This document shows, piece after piece, positions 54,071-62,677 of a stretch of DNA of 64,000 nt. The first letter of the stretch is position 1, and each line of letters opens with the position of its first letter. Source of the DNA: a virus (taxonomy: Duplodnaviria; Caudoviricetes). The position numbers and the translations under genes were made by a program. The notes below the pieces were generated by a model. The model saw nothing but the letters and a program-made list of their open reading frames with translations, was not told where the DNA came from and ran no database searches. Location of the stretch: IMG/VR virus record IMGVR_UViG_3300035675_000001. One strand, 5' to 3'.

Positions 54071-54880
54071 TTAACTACAGTAGCCGTAGCCGTAGCGATT
54101 CGGAGAAGGCGGAACTTGAAGCGGTTCTCCGTCAGGTGTGAACGGCTTCGTTGTGCGCCCCTGCCAGTTCGCGCCCATCTTGACGGCCTCAGACTCCAGG
54201 TGGAACACGCGGACGGTAGGCAGCAGGTGCCTCTTGATGCGAGGCCAGCGGGCAGCCCACTGAACGTCCATATTCTCGGCGCTGCCTTCGGTGTCCGGGT
54301 AGCGCAGCTCGTGCTGGCGCATGTATTGGCTGTGCCAGAGCTGGAAATAGCCGATGGGGCAATATCCCCACTGCTTGTGGATGAGGTTGGCCCCGATGGG
54401 GTAATCAGCCGGAGTGCTGACCAGGTAGCGGTATCCGAACTGCGGATCGTCGTGCCAGTTTTGCTTGAGCTTGCGCCAGGTGTCGTAGCCAACCACGTTG
54501 CAGCGTTCCGCGCCGTAGATGCAATCCCGCTGGAGGAAGGACTTATCCAGCATGTTGCGAAAGCCCAGCGGCAAAACAACGTCAGCATCCATTTGGAGGA
54601 TGAAACCCTTTTGGCGCAAGGCACCCAGGCCGAAGTTGATCGCCGCGCCCTTGTTGAAGTCATCACCCTTCTCGGTGAAGCAGTCGGTGGGGACGCATTC
54701 GACGGACCACTTTCGGCAGACCTCTTTGGTCACGGTATCCTCGTGGCTGGTGACCACGACCACACGGTCCAGGTGTGAGAGGTTCATTGGCAGACTCTCT
54801 GCCAAGAAGTCCCCGTAGTTGAGGCAGACAATTACTGCTTCCAACCGGCTGTCATAGAATGATTTTGGCTGATCGCTCAT
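54071..54880 (-). CDS. GT2-like glycosyltransferase
   Basis: VIVCLNYGDFL...VVVVT...FNKGAAIN...QMDADVV...GYFQLW...VFHL. Confidence 0.75.
   Translation of the reverse strand: MSDQPKSFYDSRLEAVIVCLNYGDFLAESLPMNLSHLDRVVVVTSHEDTVTKEVCRKWSVECVPTDCFTEKGDDFNKGAAINFGLGALRQKGFILQMDADVVLPLGFRNMLDKSFLQRDCIYGAERCNVVGYDTWRKLKQNWHDDPQFGYRYLVSTPADYPIGANLIHKQWGYCPIGYFQLWHSQYMRQHELRYPDTEGSAENMDVQWAARWPRIKRHLLPTVRVFHLESEAVKMGANWQGRTTKPFTPDGEPLQVPPSPNRYGYGYCS
54072..54077 (-). promoter_or_regulatory. Class III motif TAGTTA
   Basis: TAGTTA, 7 nt, then ATG54064. Confidence 0.6.
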
Positions 54881-54947
54881 ATTGATGTTTGGGCAGAAAA
54901 GCCGGGCCAAGGCAACATGGTATTTTTCGTAAACTTTTCTTACCCTA

Positions 54948-57092
54948 TTAGTCTATCACGTTCGGCTTGCCCAAAAACAGACGGGTTTTTCGGGCATTGT
55001 CGCCTTTTCCGCTGAATAGAACGGCTTTCACAAGGAACCGCATCGCCCCAGGAGAACTGGAATCAAGCAGTGGCTTGCCGATGAGTTCCCGGCAGCAGCC
55101 CTTCTGGATGTAGGCCACGGTCAGGTGAGGTCTGTATTCGGAGTGAGTGTCGGTGTGGGGCAGCTCGTTGACCCTGGCGTTCAGCGCCCGCAGGGCCTCG
55201 CTTTCCACGTCGAACTTGAGCACGTCATACTTGTCGCTCGACTCAAACATCGAGCAGCCCATGATCTGGATTTCAAAAGGCTGGGTCTCCTCGATGATCC
55301 GCAGCAGCTCCCCGGTCGGCTCTGAGTCATGGAGGCCCCACTTCACGGTGACGTGCGGCTCGGTCTCCCGGCCAAAGCCCGGCTCGTCCGCGTAAAGCTC
55401 CTCGTCGAGCACATACATCTGGCCCCAGTGGATCACGGCGTCACCCAGCTCCGGGGGTGCCGGTGCCATCAGGCACGAATACTCGCGCCCTTCGCACAGG
55501 CTCTCCAGTTCCAGGCGCATCTGCTCCTGGTCCTGCTCTGGATACATCCATCGCCGCATCAATTCAGGGTCCGTGGCTTCCACCACGTTGTCCACGCTCA
55601 CCGACTGGTCGCCGCCCGTGTCTTCACTCCACTCCTCCCCGGCCCGGTCTCGCGCCTCGTCGAACAGAGCATAGAACCGATCATTGTCCTCAAAATCGTA
55701 AAGCGCCTCCTCCATGTCCGGGAATTTCTGCTCCAGGCCGCGACGGTAGCTGCGCTTGATCCAGTTGCTCCAGGCTTGTTGGCGCTTCTCCTCCTGGAGC
55801 TGCGTGTGCCCCTCCTCATCGAGCAGGGGGTAATTCTCCCGGCTGTCATAGTCCTTGCGGAACTCCTCGAACGAGTCACCGGGAATCTCCGGGATGTCCT
55901 CCTCGTAAAAGCCCAGCTCTTTGCCGTTGTAAGAGAGCGCCCTGACCTTGAGCCAGGGGTAGTGCTCTTTGAAGTAGTTCAGGTTGGCCTGCTCGACCAG
56001 ACCGCCGCTGAAATCAGAGTGGGAAGCCACGGAGAACCAGCCGTCCCGGTCGTTCTGATTCAGGTTTTCGTTGGCCCAGGCCAGGATCGCTTCCGCGTGT
56101 GAACCCTTGTCGTGCTTGATGAGGTCGGTCAGGTCATCCTCATCCTCAATGCCCTCGAACATGTCCAACTGCTGCTGTGGCGCGGGCTGGTCCCCTAGCT
56201 TGAACTGGAGCTGATTACGGTCGGGATACATGGCCGCGTGGAGCTTCGGCCAGGTGACCAGCTCTACCACACGGTCAACATTGACCGAAGGTTTATGGGA
56301 CGTGTCCGTGTCCCAAAACTCCTCGGCTTCTGAGGCCATCCGGTTGAAAAAGTTGAGACCGTGAGGTCCGAAAAGAAAAGTCTCGATCTCGGCCTGCGGG
56401 TTTTCGGACTTGAACTGACCGCCGAATCTTTCCGCCAACGAGTCCGCAAACTCCTTAGCATAGGTCTCCCTCCAGGCCCTTCCGATGGCTTGCTCGGCGA
56501 CCTCGCTCATGATGTCGTCGTCCAGCACCCGGCCTTGAATTGACTGTTTGACGTAACCCCGGAACGGATTCCAAAGCGGCATCCAATCCAGCTTGTCCGG
56601 TTCCAGGAACACCCGGAAATTTAGCTCGCTGCCATCCTCCTCCAGCCAGGGGAAGTTGCGAACGAAGAACAGGTGGTTGGCGTGCTCCACCGTGCCAGGA
56701 TACGCTTGGCTGTAGGTCGTGCCCGGTATCTCCCACATTTTTCGATCTTCGTCCCAATAGAGGTTTTGACGCGCCCACTCCTCGCGGGACTCATATTCCC
56801 TGCTTCCGGCCAGCTCTTTGACATCCAGGTCCGGGTCGTCCTCCATCGCTTCCCCGACGTAGGGCTTGATCTGATGAAGGTGAACCAGGGCATGACCGTG
56901 CTGCGGGTGGGCAACCCACAGGGTCTTCCTGTCCGCGTTGCGCGAATGGACCGTAGCGACCTTCCAGACACGGCCCCATTCTGCCGTGCCAGGGAGGATG
57001 TCCTGGAGGTAGGCCAGCACCTTGCGGCCCGGCGCATACCAATCGTCGGCCAGGTTCGCCACGTCCTTGAAGTCGTCGAGTTCGTCGTTCAC
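54948..57092 (-). CDS. Modular polyprotein 3 (714 aa): linkers, tandem ~230 aa paralogous modules, C-terminal 2H phosphoesterase (Acb1/gp57B-like)
   Basis: DDFKDV, EAMEDDPDLDVKEL, EGIEDEDDL; HVTV and HLTV 2H motifs. Confidence 0.8.
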   Translation of the reverse strand: MNDELDDFKDVANLADDWYAPGRKVLAYLQDILPGTAEWGRVWKVATVHSRNADRKTLWVAHPQHGHALVHLHQIKPYVGEAMEDDPDLDVKELAGSREYESREEWARQNLYWDEDRKMWEIPGTTYSQAYPGTVEHANHLFFVRNFPWLEEDGSELNFRVFLEPDKLDWMPLWNPFRGYVKQSIQGRVLDDDIMSEVAEQAIGRAWRETYAKEFADSLAERFGGQFKSENPQAEIETFLFGPHGLNFFNRMASEAEEFWDTDTSHKPSVNVDRVVELVTWPKLHAAMYPDRNQLQFKLGDQPAPQQQLDMFEGIEDEDDLTDLIKHDKGSHAEAILAWANENLNQNDRDGWFSVASHSDFSGGLVEQANLNYFKEHYPWLKVRALSYNGKELGFYEEDIPEIPGDSFEEFRKDYDSRENYPLLDEEGHTQLQEEKRQQAWSNWIKRSYRRGLEQKFPDMEEALYDFEDNDRFYALFDEARDRAGEEWSEDTGGDQSVSVDNVVEATDPELMRRWMYPEQDQEQMRLELESLCEGREYSCLMAPAPPELGDAVIHWGQMYVLDEELYADEPGFGRETEPHVTVKWGLHDSEPTGELLRIIEETQPFEIQIMGCSMFESSDKYDVLKFDVESEALRALNARVNELPHTDTHSEYRPHLTVAYIQKGCCRELIGKPLLDSSSPGAMRFLVKAVLFSGKGDNARKTRLFLGKPNVID

Positions 57093-57514
57093 GGCCAGTT
57101 CGTTCCTTCCGTTCCGTTGACCACGATGGTCTGCGAATCATTCTGCCAGTAGGGCGGACGATTGGCAGTGCCCCAAATCTCGATGTATTTCTGCCGCCAG
57201 GTGCCGATGTCGTTCGTCCCGATGTAAATGTAAACCGAGAAGCTGTCCGGCCCGCCGACATCCACGGAGAAGCGTCCCCAAGGATACTTGTTCATCAGCC
57301 ACTCCACCCGATTCAAGTCGGCCACGCCCTGGCCGGGGAAGACATTGCAGTCCCCGTTGCCCAGCTCACGGTCGATGGGGGCCTGCTGGAGCTGGGCGTT
57401 GATGAGCCAACTGCCCCGCGTGGCCAGATACATGATCTGCTCATAGCTGAGCATGGGCCGATGCTGGGCGTTGATCTGCCAGACGTTGTTGTAGATGGCG
57501 ATTTTCGGGATCAT
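57089..57514 (-). CDS. Hypothetical protein
   Basis: 141 aa, ATGA-coupled between polyproteins 4 and 3. Confidence 0.65.
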   Translation of the reverse strand: MIPKIAIYNNVWQINAQHRPMLSYEQIMYLATRGSWLINAQLQQAPIDRELGNGDCNVFPGQGVADLNRVEWLMNKYPWGRFSVDVGGPDSFSVYIYIGTNDIGTWRQKYIEIWGTANRPPYWQNDSQTIVVNGTEGTNWP

Positions 57515-58629
57515 GCTTGTCCTTGCCGCGCTCGGTATTCCAGCTCCCGGTTGAACATGTTGCCGCCCTCCAGGTAACCCTCGCGGTCCAGGATCGCCAA
57601 GATTTCGCGTTCATTGCCGGTCGTCCGGCTCATCTCCATCTCATCGAAGGTCGTCCGCAATTCCCACAGGTCGTCATCGAGCTGCGTGACCAGCACGTTC
57701 ATGTGCGGGTTGATCGGGAAGACGTAATGATGGCTGCCCGCTTCACGCCAGACACCTTTGGCCAGCTCAGCCTGGATGAGCGGACCCAAGCCCAGGTTGC
57801 CGCCCAGCAGCTCCTTGGTGCTCTCGTCGTCATCATCCAGGGATTCATTCCAGACGCCGGTGCCGTAGTCCGCAAGCTGTTCGCGCCACTCCCTGAAATC
57901 CTTGCGCTTAATCATGGACTTGGCGTTCTCCAGGCTGTTGGCGCTCTGCCGGTGGAGCATGAGGCCCTGCGGGGTCTGCTCGGTTTTGACGAACTCGTAG
58001 ATCACATACTGGGTCCAGGTGGACATCTCCCCGAAGTGGCCGTGAGTGCGCCGGACGTTTTTGAGGACCAGGTAGTTCCCGTATTTGTAAATCTTCTTGG
58101 TGCCGAACCACTTGTTGTTCTTCCGGCTGAAAAACTCCGGCTCCGCAGCCTTCATGTCCTCAAGGCTGGCCACAGGTTCGCCGCCCCAGGCGACCTCCTT
58201 CACGTCGAAATCGCCATCGCTCTCCTGGAGTGCCCGATTCCGGTAATCGACCGTGCCCGATGGCTCTCCGTTAACGATTAAAGGTGCCCCATAGAGGTTC
58301 CGCCAGCTCCTCAAGGCCCACTTTAGCACCCCAAAGCTGGCAAAGCGGCCCAACCAATACCAGTTGTTGGTGAAATCAACCCGAATGCCGCCCTCTCCCT
58401 TGTCAAGCTGTTGAATACGAATCAGTTTGACCGGCATCCTGGAAACGTATTCCCGGATTCCCCGCAGGTTCCGGCTTTTCCGCATCGGATGACCGTTTTC
58501 ATCGTAGAGGTAGTGGACCTCTCCGTAGGTCTCAGGCCAGGCCGTATCCCGGAAGGTGTGGGCCGCATCCTTCCAGGAAGCCTCGTCGTCATCTGCCTCA
58601 AGCAGTTGCCTGATGATTTGGTCGATCAC
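57511..58629 (-). CDS. Modular polyprotein 4 (372 aa, three linker-delimited modules)
   Basis: MIDQIIRQLLE-ADDDEASWKDA; LQE-SDGDFDVKEV; WNE-SLDDDDESTKEL. Confidence 0.8.
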   Translation of the reverse strand: MIDQIIRQLLEADDDEASWKDAAHTFRDTAWPETYGEVHYLYDENGHPMRKSRNLRGIREYVSRMPVKLIRIQQLDKGEGGIRVDFTNNWYWLGRFASFGVLKWALRSWRNLYGAPLIVNGEPSGTVDYRNRALQESDGDFDVKEVAWGGEPVASLEDMKAAEPEFFSRKNNKWFGTKKIYKYGNYLVLKNVRRTHGHFGEMSTWTQYVIYEFVKTEQTPQGLMLHRQSANSLENAKSMIKRKDFREWREQLADYGTGVWNESLDDDDESTKELLGGNLGLGPLIQAELAKGVWREAGSHHYVFPINPHMNVLVTQLDDDLWELRTTFDEMEMSRTTGNEREILAILDREGYLEGGNMFNRELEYRARQGQA

Positions 58630-58633
58630 GCCA

Positions 58634-58639
58634 TAACTA
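58634..58639 (-). promoter_or_regulatory. Class III motif TAGTTA
   Basis: TAGTTA-TGGC-GTG58629. Confidence 0.7.
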
Positions 58640-59509
58640 CGTCTTGGCTTCCAGGACGGACTGCTCCAACCGATCAAATTCCGCCTGCTGGTCTTTGGTG
58701 ATCCACCGGTCTGTGTCCAAGGGCCTCTCCTGTTCAATGGCAATCTTGTCGATGTGCCTGATGAAGAATCCCAGGTCGCGCTTGGCTTTGATCTGGTAGA
58801 ACATCGGGTCGTTGTCATCCGGCTGGTCAACTCCGTCCACATTCATCCACATCCGGTAAGCGTAGGCGACCAGCTCGTTCCCACCGATGTCCTGGGTCCG
58901 GCAGACTTCCTCCACCCGCTCCTGGTATCCGCGCTTCATCATGAAGGGCAGTCCGAAGCGAGCTTGGAATCCCTTGCTCCACTTGTTCAGGAATCTTTGA
59001 GCGTGTTGGAAAGCCGTCTTCTCCGCCGAAGGCGCAACACCACCAGCACCACTCTGACCGGAACCACTGCCCGCGCCAGCGGCAGTGGTTTTGGTCTTTG
59101 GTGATTGTTTAAGACTGGGGAATCTTAGTGCCCGGCTGTCCGGGGCCGGTAATCCGGGCATGGTGAGACCTTTTTTGACCGGCCCACCCATGCCCGGTAA
59201 ACCGGGCATAGAAGGCACAATTAAAGTGTAAACATTTCCCTTCCAGACACCACCAAGCCGCTCTTTTTCAACGAACAGAAACCCCTTCTTCTGGAGTTCA
59301 TACTGGTAGGTTTGCAAGGTTGACCTGGCGCAGCCCATGTTCGATTTCAGGGTATCCTGACTTGGAAAAGGCTGCGGACTATCGGGGCTGGCATAGCTCT
59401 GGAGTATGCCCCACAGCACCCGCGCACCAAATGACAGCTCTGCGTTCCTCAAAACGCTCTTAGCGGGAATGGAGCTGTGCCACTCCGCGCCGTATTTCAA
59501 CATACTCAT
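58637..59509 (-). CDS. HTH replication-initiator-like protein
   Basis: LRNAELSFGARVLWGIL...FPSQDTL..NMGCARSTL...ELQKKGF. Confidence 0.65.
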   Translation of the reverse strand: MSMLKYGAEWHSSIPAKSVLRNAELSFGARVLWGILQSYASPDSPQPFPSQDTLKSNMGCARSTLQTYQYELQKKGFLFVEKERLGGVWKGNVYTLIVPSMPGLPGMGGPVKKGLTMPGLPAPDSRALRFPSLKQSPKTKTTAAGAGSGSGQSGAGGVAPSAEKTAFQHAQRFLNKWSKGFQARFGLPFMMKRGYQERVEEVCRTQDIGGNELVAYAYRMWMNVDGVDQPDDNDPMFYQIKAKRDLGFFIRHIDKIAIEQERPLDTDRWITKDQQAEFDRLEQSVLEAKT

Positions 59510-59518
59510 TCGACCAGT

Positions 59519-59523
59519 AGAAC
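59519..59523 (-). promoter_or_regulatory. Class II upstream motif GTTCT
   Basis: GTAAAC, 11 nt, CGTTCTAC; 9 nt to ATG59509. Confidence 0.5.
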
Positions 59524-59544
59524 GGGGTCGAAAGCGTTTACCTT

Positions 59545-61350
59545 TTAGTCAAGACGTTTGAACTCTTTCGCACGTCCGATGCTGTCGGGTCCGAGGCAGG
59601 GATGATAGAAAGTGTAGCCGCGAATGTCGTGGAGCTTGTTGAAGACGCGCTTGGAGCCGCGCCGGAGGGCCGGGTGCTGGACATCAATAAAGGCCGTGAT
59701 GAACGCTTCGTTGTCGCCCTGCTTCTTGCGGATGAACCGCCCGATGATCTGGTTCATGACCTCGGCGTCCCCGATGTAGTCGGCGATCACGCCGCCGCGA
59801 ATCTCGTTGATCGAGACGCCCTCTTTGACCAGCGGGCTGATGAGCACGCCGCCAGGGTGGGACCGGAACCAAGCGAACGCCTGGTCGCGTTCCTTGGGGG
59901 TATGCTCGCTGAACAGCACCTTCACGTTGTCCTGGCCGATGGCGTTGCCAATCATGGTTTCCAGGACCAGGACGTGCATAGTCCGGGTGCAAACCACCAG
60001 GGTCGGAAAGTTGCGCTCCTGGCTGTAGTGCTTGGCCCAGGCCACGATCAACTCGTTGCGCTCCTTGAAGCTGATGATGGACTTGTCGATGGTCCGATCC
60101 AGCAAGCAGTAGCGCGAGTCCACGTTGTAGGTGGTCGAGGAGCCGTCGAACTGGATGACGTGGAAGCCGTCCACGGTGACCGGCTTCTCGACCTCGATCC
60201 ACTTGGCCTTCTTCTGCGTGTCCACGTCCCCGTTGCTGGTATAGACCTCATTCTCCTCCACGCCCTCCAGCTCGCGGACCTTCCGCATCTTGATCTGGCC
60301 GCTCTCATCGCGCTCATAAACCGGGCCGACGTAGGTGCCATGCTTCCATTCGCTGCCGACCAGCGCCCAGGCCGGGGTGTCCGGGTCAGCCTGGTGCGGG
60401 ACGCTCTTGAAGCGGTTGTGCCAATCCCCGTTTTGAACCAAGTAGATGGTGGGCTTGGCTGAGCGCCCGATGTCGATGTAGGTGCTGACCGGGACCACGT
60501 AGCGGATCGGCCCCAGGAGGCCCTGAATCTTGTTGGCCAGGGCCGGGTCGCTGTCGCGCTTGGAGTCAGAAGCGCCCAGCCGAAAGAAGGCTGGAATTTG
60601 CATCATGATCTTGCTGCTCGTGGGAGCGCAGACGTGATGACTCTCGTCGTAGAGGACGGCGATGAAGTTGTTGAACCACTTTTCGGCGATCAACTCTTGA
60701 CGGTGTGCCCACAGCATAGCCACGGTGCAGATCACCATGTCCTTGCCGGTCTTGTCGTTCTTGCTGCCGCCGAACTGGGTGATGTGGAAGCCGGGCATGA
60801 ACGCCTTGATGTCCTTGTAAGCCTGGCGGACCAGGCGCTCGCTCTGCGTGATGTAAAGGATGCGGGCGTCGCTAAACTTGGCGATAATCATGCCCGCTGC
60901 TGCCGCGAACATGGCCGTCTTGCCGCCGTTGACGGCGATCTTGTTGACGCCCATCCCGTGGGAGAGCCAGAAGGCCACGCTCTCGCGCTGGTATTCGTCC
61001 AGGTCGAAGTCAGAGGCCAGGAGGTCCACGGGGATGTCGTCGGAGGTAATGGAGGCGAAGGGCGACTTGAGACACTGGCTGGTGTCCACCTGGTAGCCCA
61101 GCTTTTGGGCCAGCTCGATGATGGTGTCCCGGTGCCCGCGCAGGCAGTTGGCCCGCTCGTCGTTGGAGAAGGTGATAGGGCAGACGTAGCCGTCCCACCC
61201 GTCCTGGCCATCGGTCAGGACGTAGGCTTTGTAGGAGGGGGCGTGCTCGAAACCCTTGGGACGAAAGCGCAGCTTACTGGCCAGGTTGCTCAGCTCCGAG
61301 CTGTCGCCAACCAGCTTGATGTGTGTTGGACCTTCAATGACACGAATCAC
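59545..61350 (-). CDS. uvsW: SF2 DNA helicase, T4 UvsW-like
   Basis: RFRPKGF...WDGY, EYQRESV, AVNGGKT, DESHH, KEGVSI, QIIGRFIR. Confidence 0.8.
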   Translation of the reverse strand: MIRVIEGPTHIKLVGDSSELSNLASKLRFRPKGFEHAPSYKAYVLTDGQDGWDGYVCPITFSNDERANCLRGHRDTIIELAQKLGYQVDTSQCLKSPFASITSDDIPVDLLASDFDLDEYQRESVAFWLSHGMGVNKIAVNGGKTAMFAAAAGMIIAKFSDARILYITQSERLVRQAYKDIKAFMPGFHITQFGGSKNDKTGKDMVICTVAMLWAHRQELIAEKWFNNFIAVLYDESHHVCAPTSSKIMMQIPAFFRLGASDSKRDSDPALANKIQGLLGPIRYVVPVSTYIDIGRSAKPTIYLVQNGDWHNRFKSVPHQADPDTPAWALVGSEWKHGTYVGPVYERDESGQIKMRKVRELEGVEENEVYTSNGDVDTQKKAKWIEVEKPVTVDGFHVIQFDGSSTTYNVDSRYCLLDRTIDKSIISFKERNELIVAWAKHYSQERNFPTLVVCTRTMHVLVLETMIGNAIGQDNVKVLFSEHTPKERDQAFAWFRSHPGGVLISPLVKEGVSINEIRGGVIADYIGDAEVMNQIIGRFIRKKQGDNEAFITAFIDVQHPALRRGSKRVFNKLHDIRGYTFYHPCLGPDSIGRAKEFKRLD

Positions 61351-61389
61351 ACCAGCAGTATCCAGCCTTGCTGGAAAATGTAAACAAAA

Positions 61390-62667
61390 TTAAGCTGCGG
61401 GCGTCGGCAGCGGAACAATCTGTTTGCAGGCGTCGATCACATCCTGTGGTGACACGGCTCCCAAGCACTCGCAAACCGTCCGGTTAGGCCGGGGCGGGCA
61501 ATACTTGGGGAACACGCCGCTGTAAGCGAAGCAGGGGGAGAATGGGCAGGCTTCGCGCTTCCAGACCGGGATGTGATTCTTGTAATACTTCACGCGCTTG
61601 CCAGGGTCGCACAGACCCCACAGGCCGACGCAGGGCACGTCCATCGCTCCGGCGACGTGAACCATCATGGAGTCCGGGGCAACCACCAGGGATGCCTTGG
61701 TGGTCAGCGCCCACAGCTCCCGCAGGGACGGCGAGCAGTAAAGCTGGATGTTCTGGCGCAGGCAGCCGGAACCTTTGCACTTGGGGCAGATGTCATGGAC
61801 CGGCGCGGGCGGCGTAACCTGGGTTCCGTTTTCCGTGACCGTGGTTCCGCTGTCCGTAACTTCGGGCGCTTTTTCCACCCGGCCACTGCCGCCACACTTG
61901 GCGCACATGACGGCCTTGCGGTAAGGCTCCGGGATGAACTCGTCGTAGAGCGCCAGCCAGTGCATGTCCGGGTAGGCGTCTGCCAGCTTGCTCAGGATGA
62001 AGGCGCTGTCGTTGGGCGGCAGGCACCGCACCTGGTTCGCCGCCGAGAGCTGATACATGCCGAGCTTCTTGCCCTGGAAGATGTTTGCCGATTGCATCTC
62101 CAGGAAGGTGAAGTTCGGGCGCACGACCTTGCTCTTGGCGTCGATGGTGTCGGGGTTAACCCCGGCCTTGTTGAGCATCACGTCCAGGGGATGGAGCTGG
62201 TCCTGGTGCTCGTCGGTGTTGACCACGGCTTCCAGGAGGAAGTAGTAGTCGAACATCTTGAACTGCTCGTGCTGCATGGGAAGGGTCTGGATGGACTTGA
62301 GCCAGGGGAAGTTCCACCAGCAGGTCTGGTTGCCTGGGTCGGTCAGAACGTGGACCTCGAAGCCGTAGCTGGACATGATCCGGGCAAACGGCCAGGTCAT
62401 GATCTGGTCCCCATAGCCGCCGCTGCCGTTGTAAATCAGGAGGCGCTGGGTGCCAGGCTTGCGGGCCAGGGCATTGAAATTGGCGATTCGGCTTTCAATC
62501 CGGCTCACCTTGAAGGCACGCTGGTTGACAGCCTGCTCCTGGATGATGCGGTTGAACTGCTGCTGGGGCAGGATGTATTCGCGGCCTGCCTCAAAGGTCA
62601 TGGTCGCGGCACCCGCCGACTTTTTGAAGTTGATCGAGACCGGTTCGGCAAATGTTACCAGATTCAT
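61390..62667 (-). CDS. GT9-family (heptosyltransferase-like) glycosyltransferase with inserted CxxCxGxG zinc finger
   Basis: GGYGDQIM; SLRELWAL...VVAPDSMMVHVAGAMDVPCVGLWG; CAKCGGSG...CPKCKGSG. Confidence 0.8.
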   Translation of the reverse strand: MNLVTFAEPVSINFKKSAGAATMTFEAGREYILPQQQFNRIIQEQAVNQRAFKVSRIESRIANFNALARKPGTQRLLIYNGSGGYGDQIMTWPFARIMSSYGFEVHVLTDPGNQTCWWNFPWLKSIQTLPMQHEQFKMFDYYFLLEAVVNTDEHQDQLHPLDVMLNKAGVNPDTIDAKSKVVRPNFTFLEMQSANIFQGKKLGMYQLSAANQVRCLPPNDSAFILSKLADAYPDMHWLALYDEFIPEPYRKAVMCAKCGGSGRVEKAPEVTDSGTTVTENGTQVTPPAPVHDICPKCKGSGCLRQNIQLYCSPSLRELWALTTKASLVVAPDSMMVHVAGAMDVPCVGLWGLCDPGKRVKYYKNHIPVWKREACPFSPCFAYSGVFPKYCPPRPNRTVCECLGAVSPQDVIDACKQIVPLPTPAA

Positions 62668-62677
62668 ACTTCTCTAC

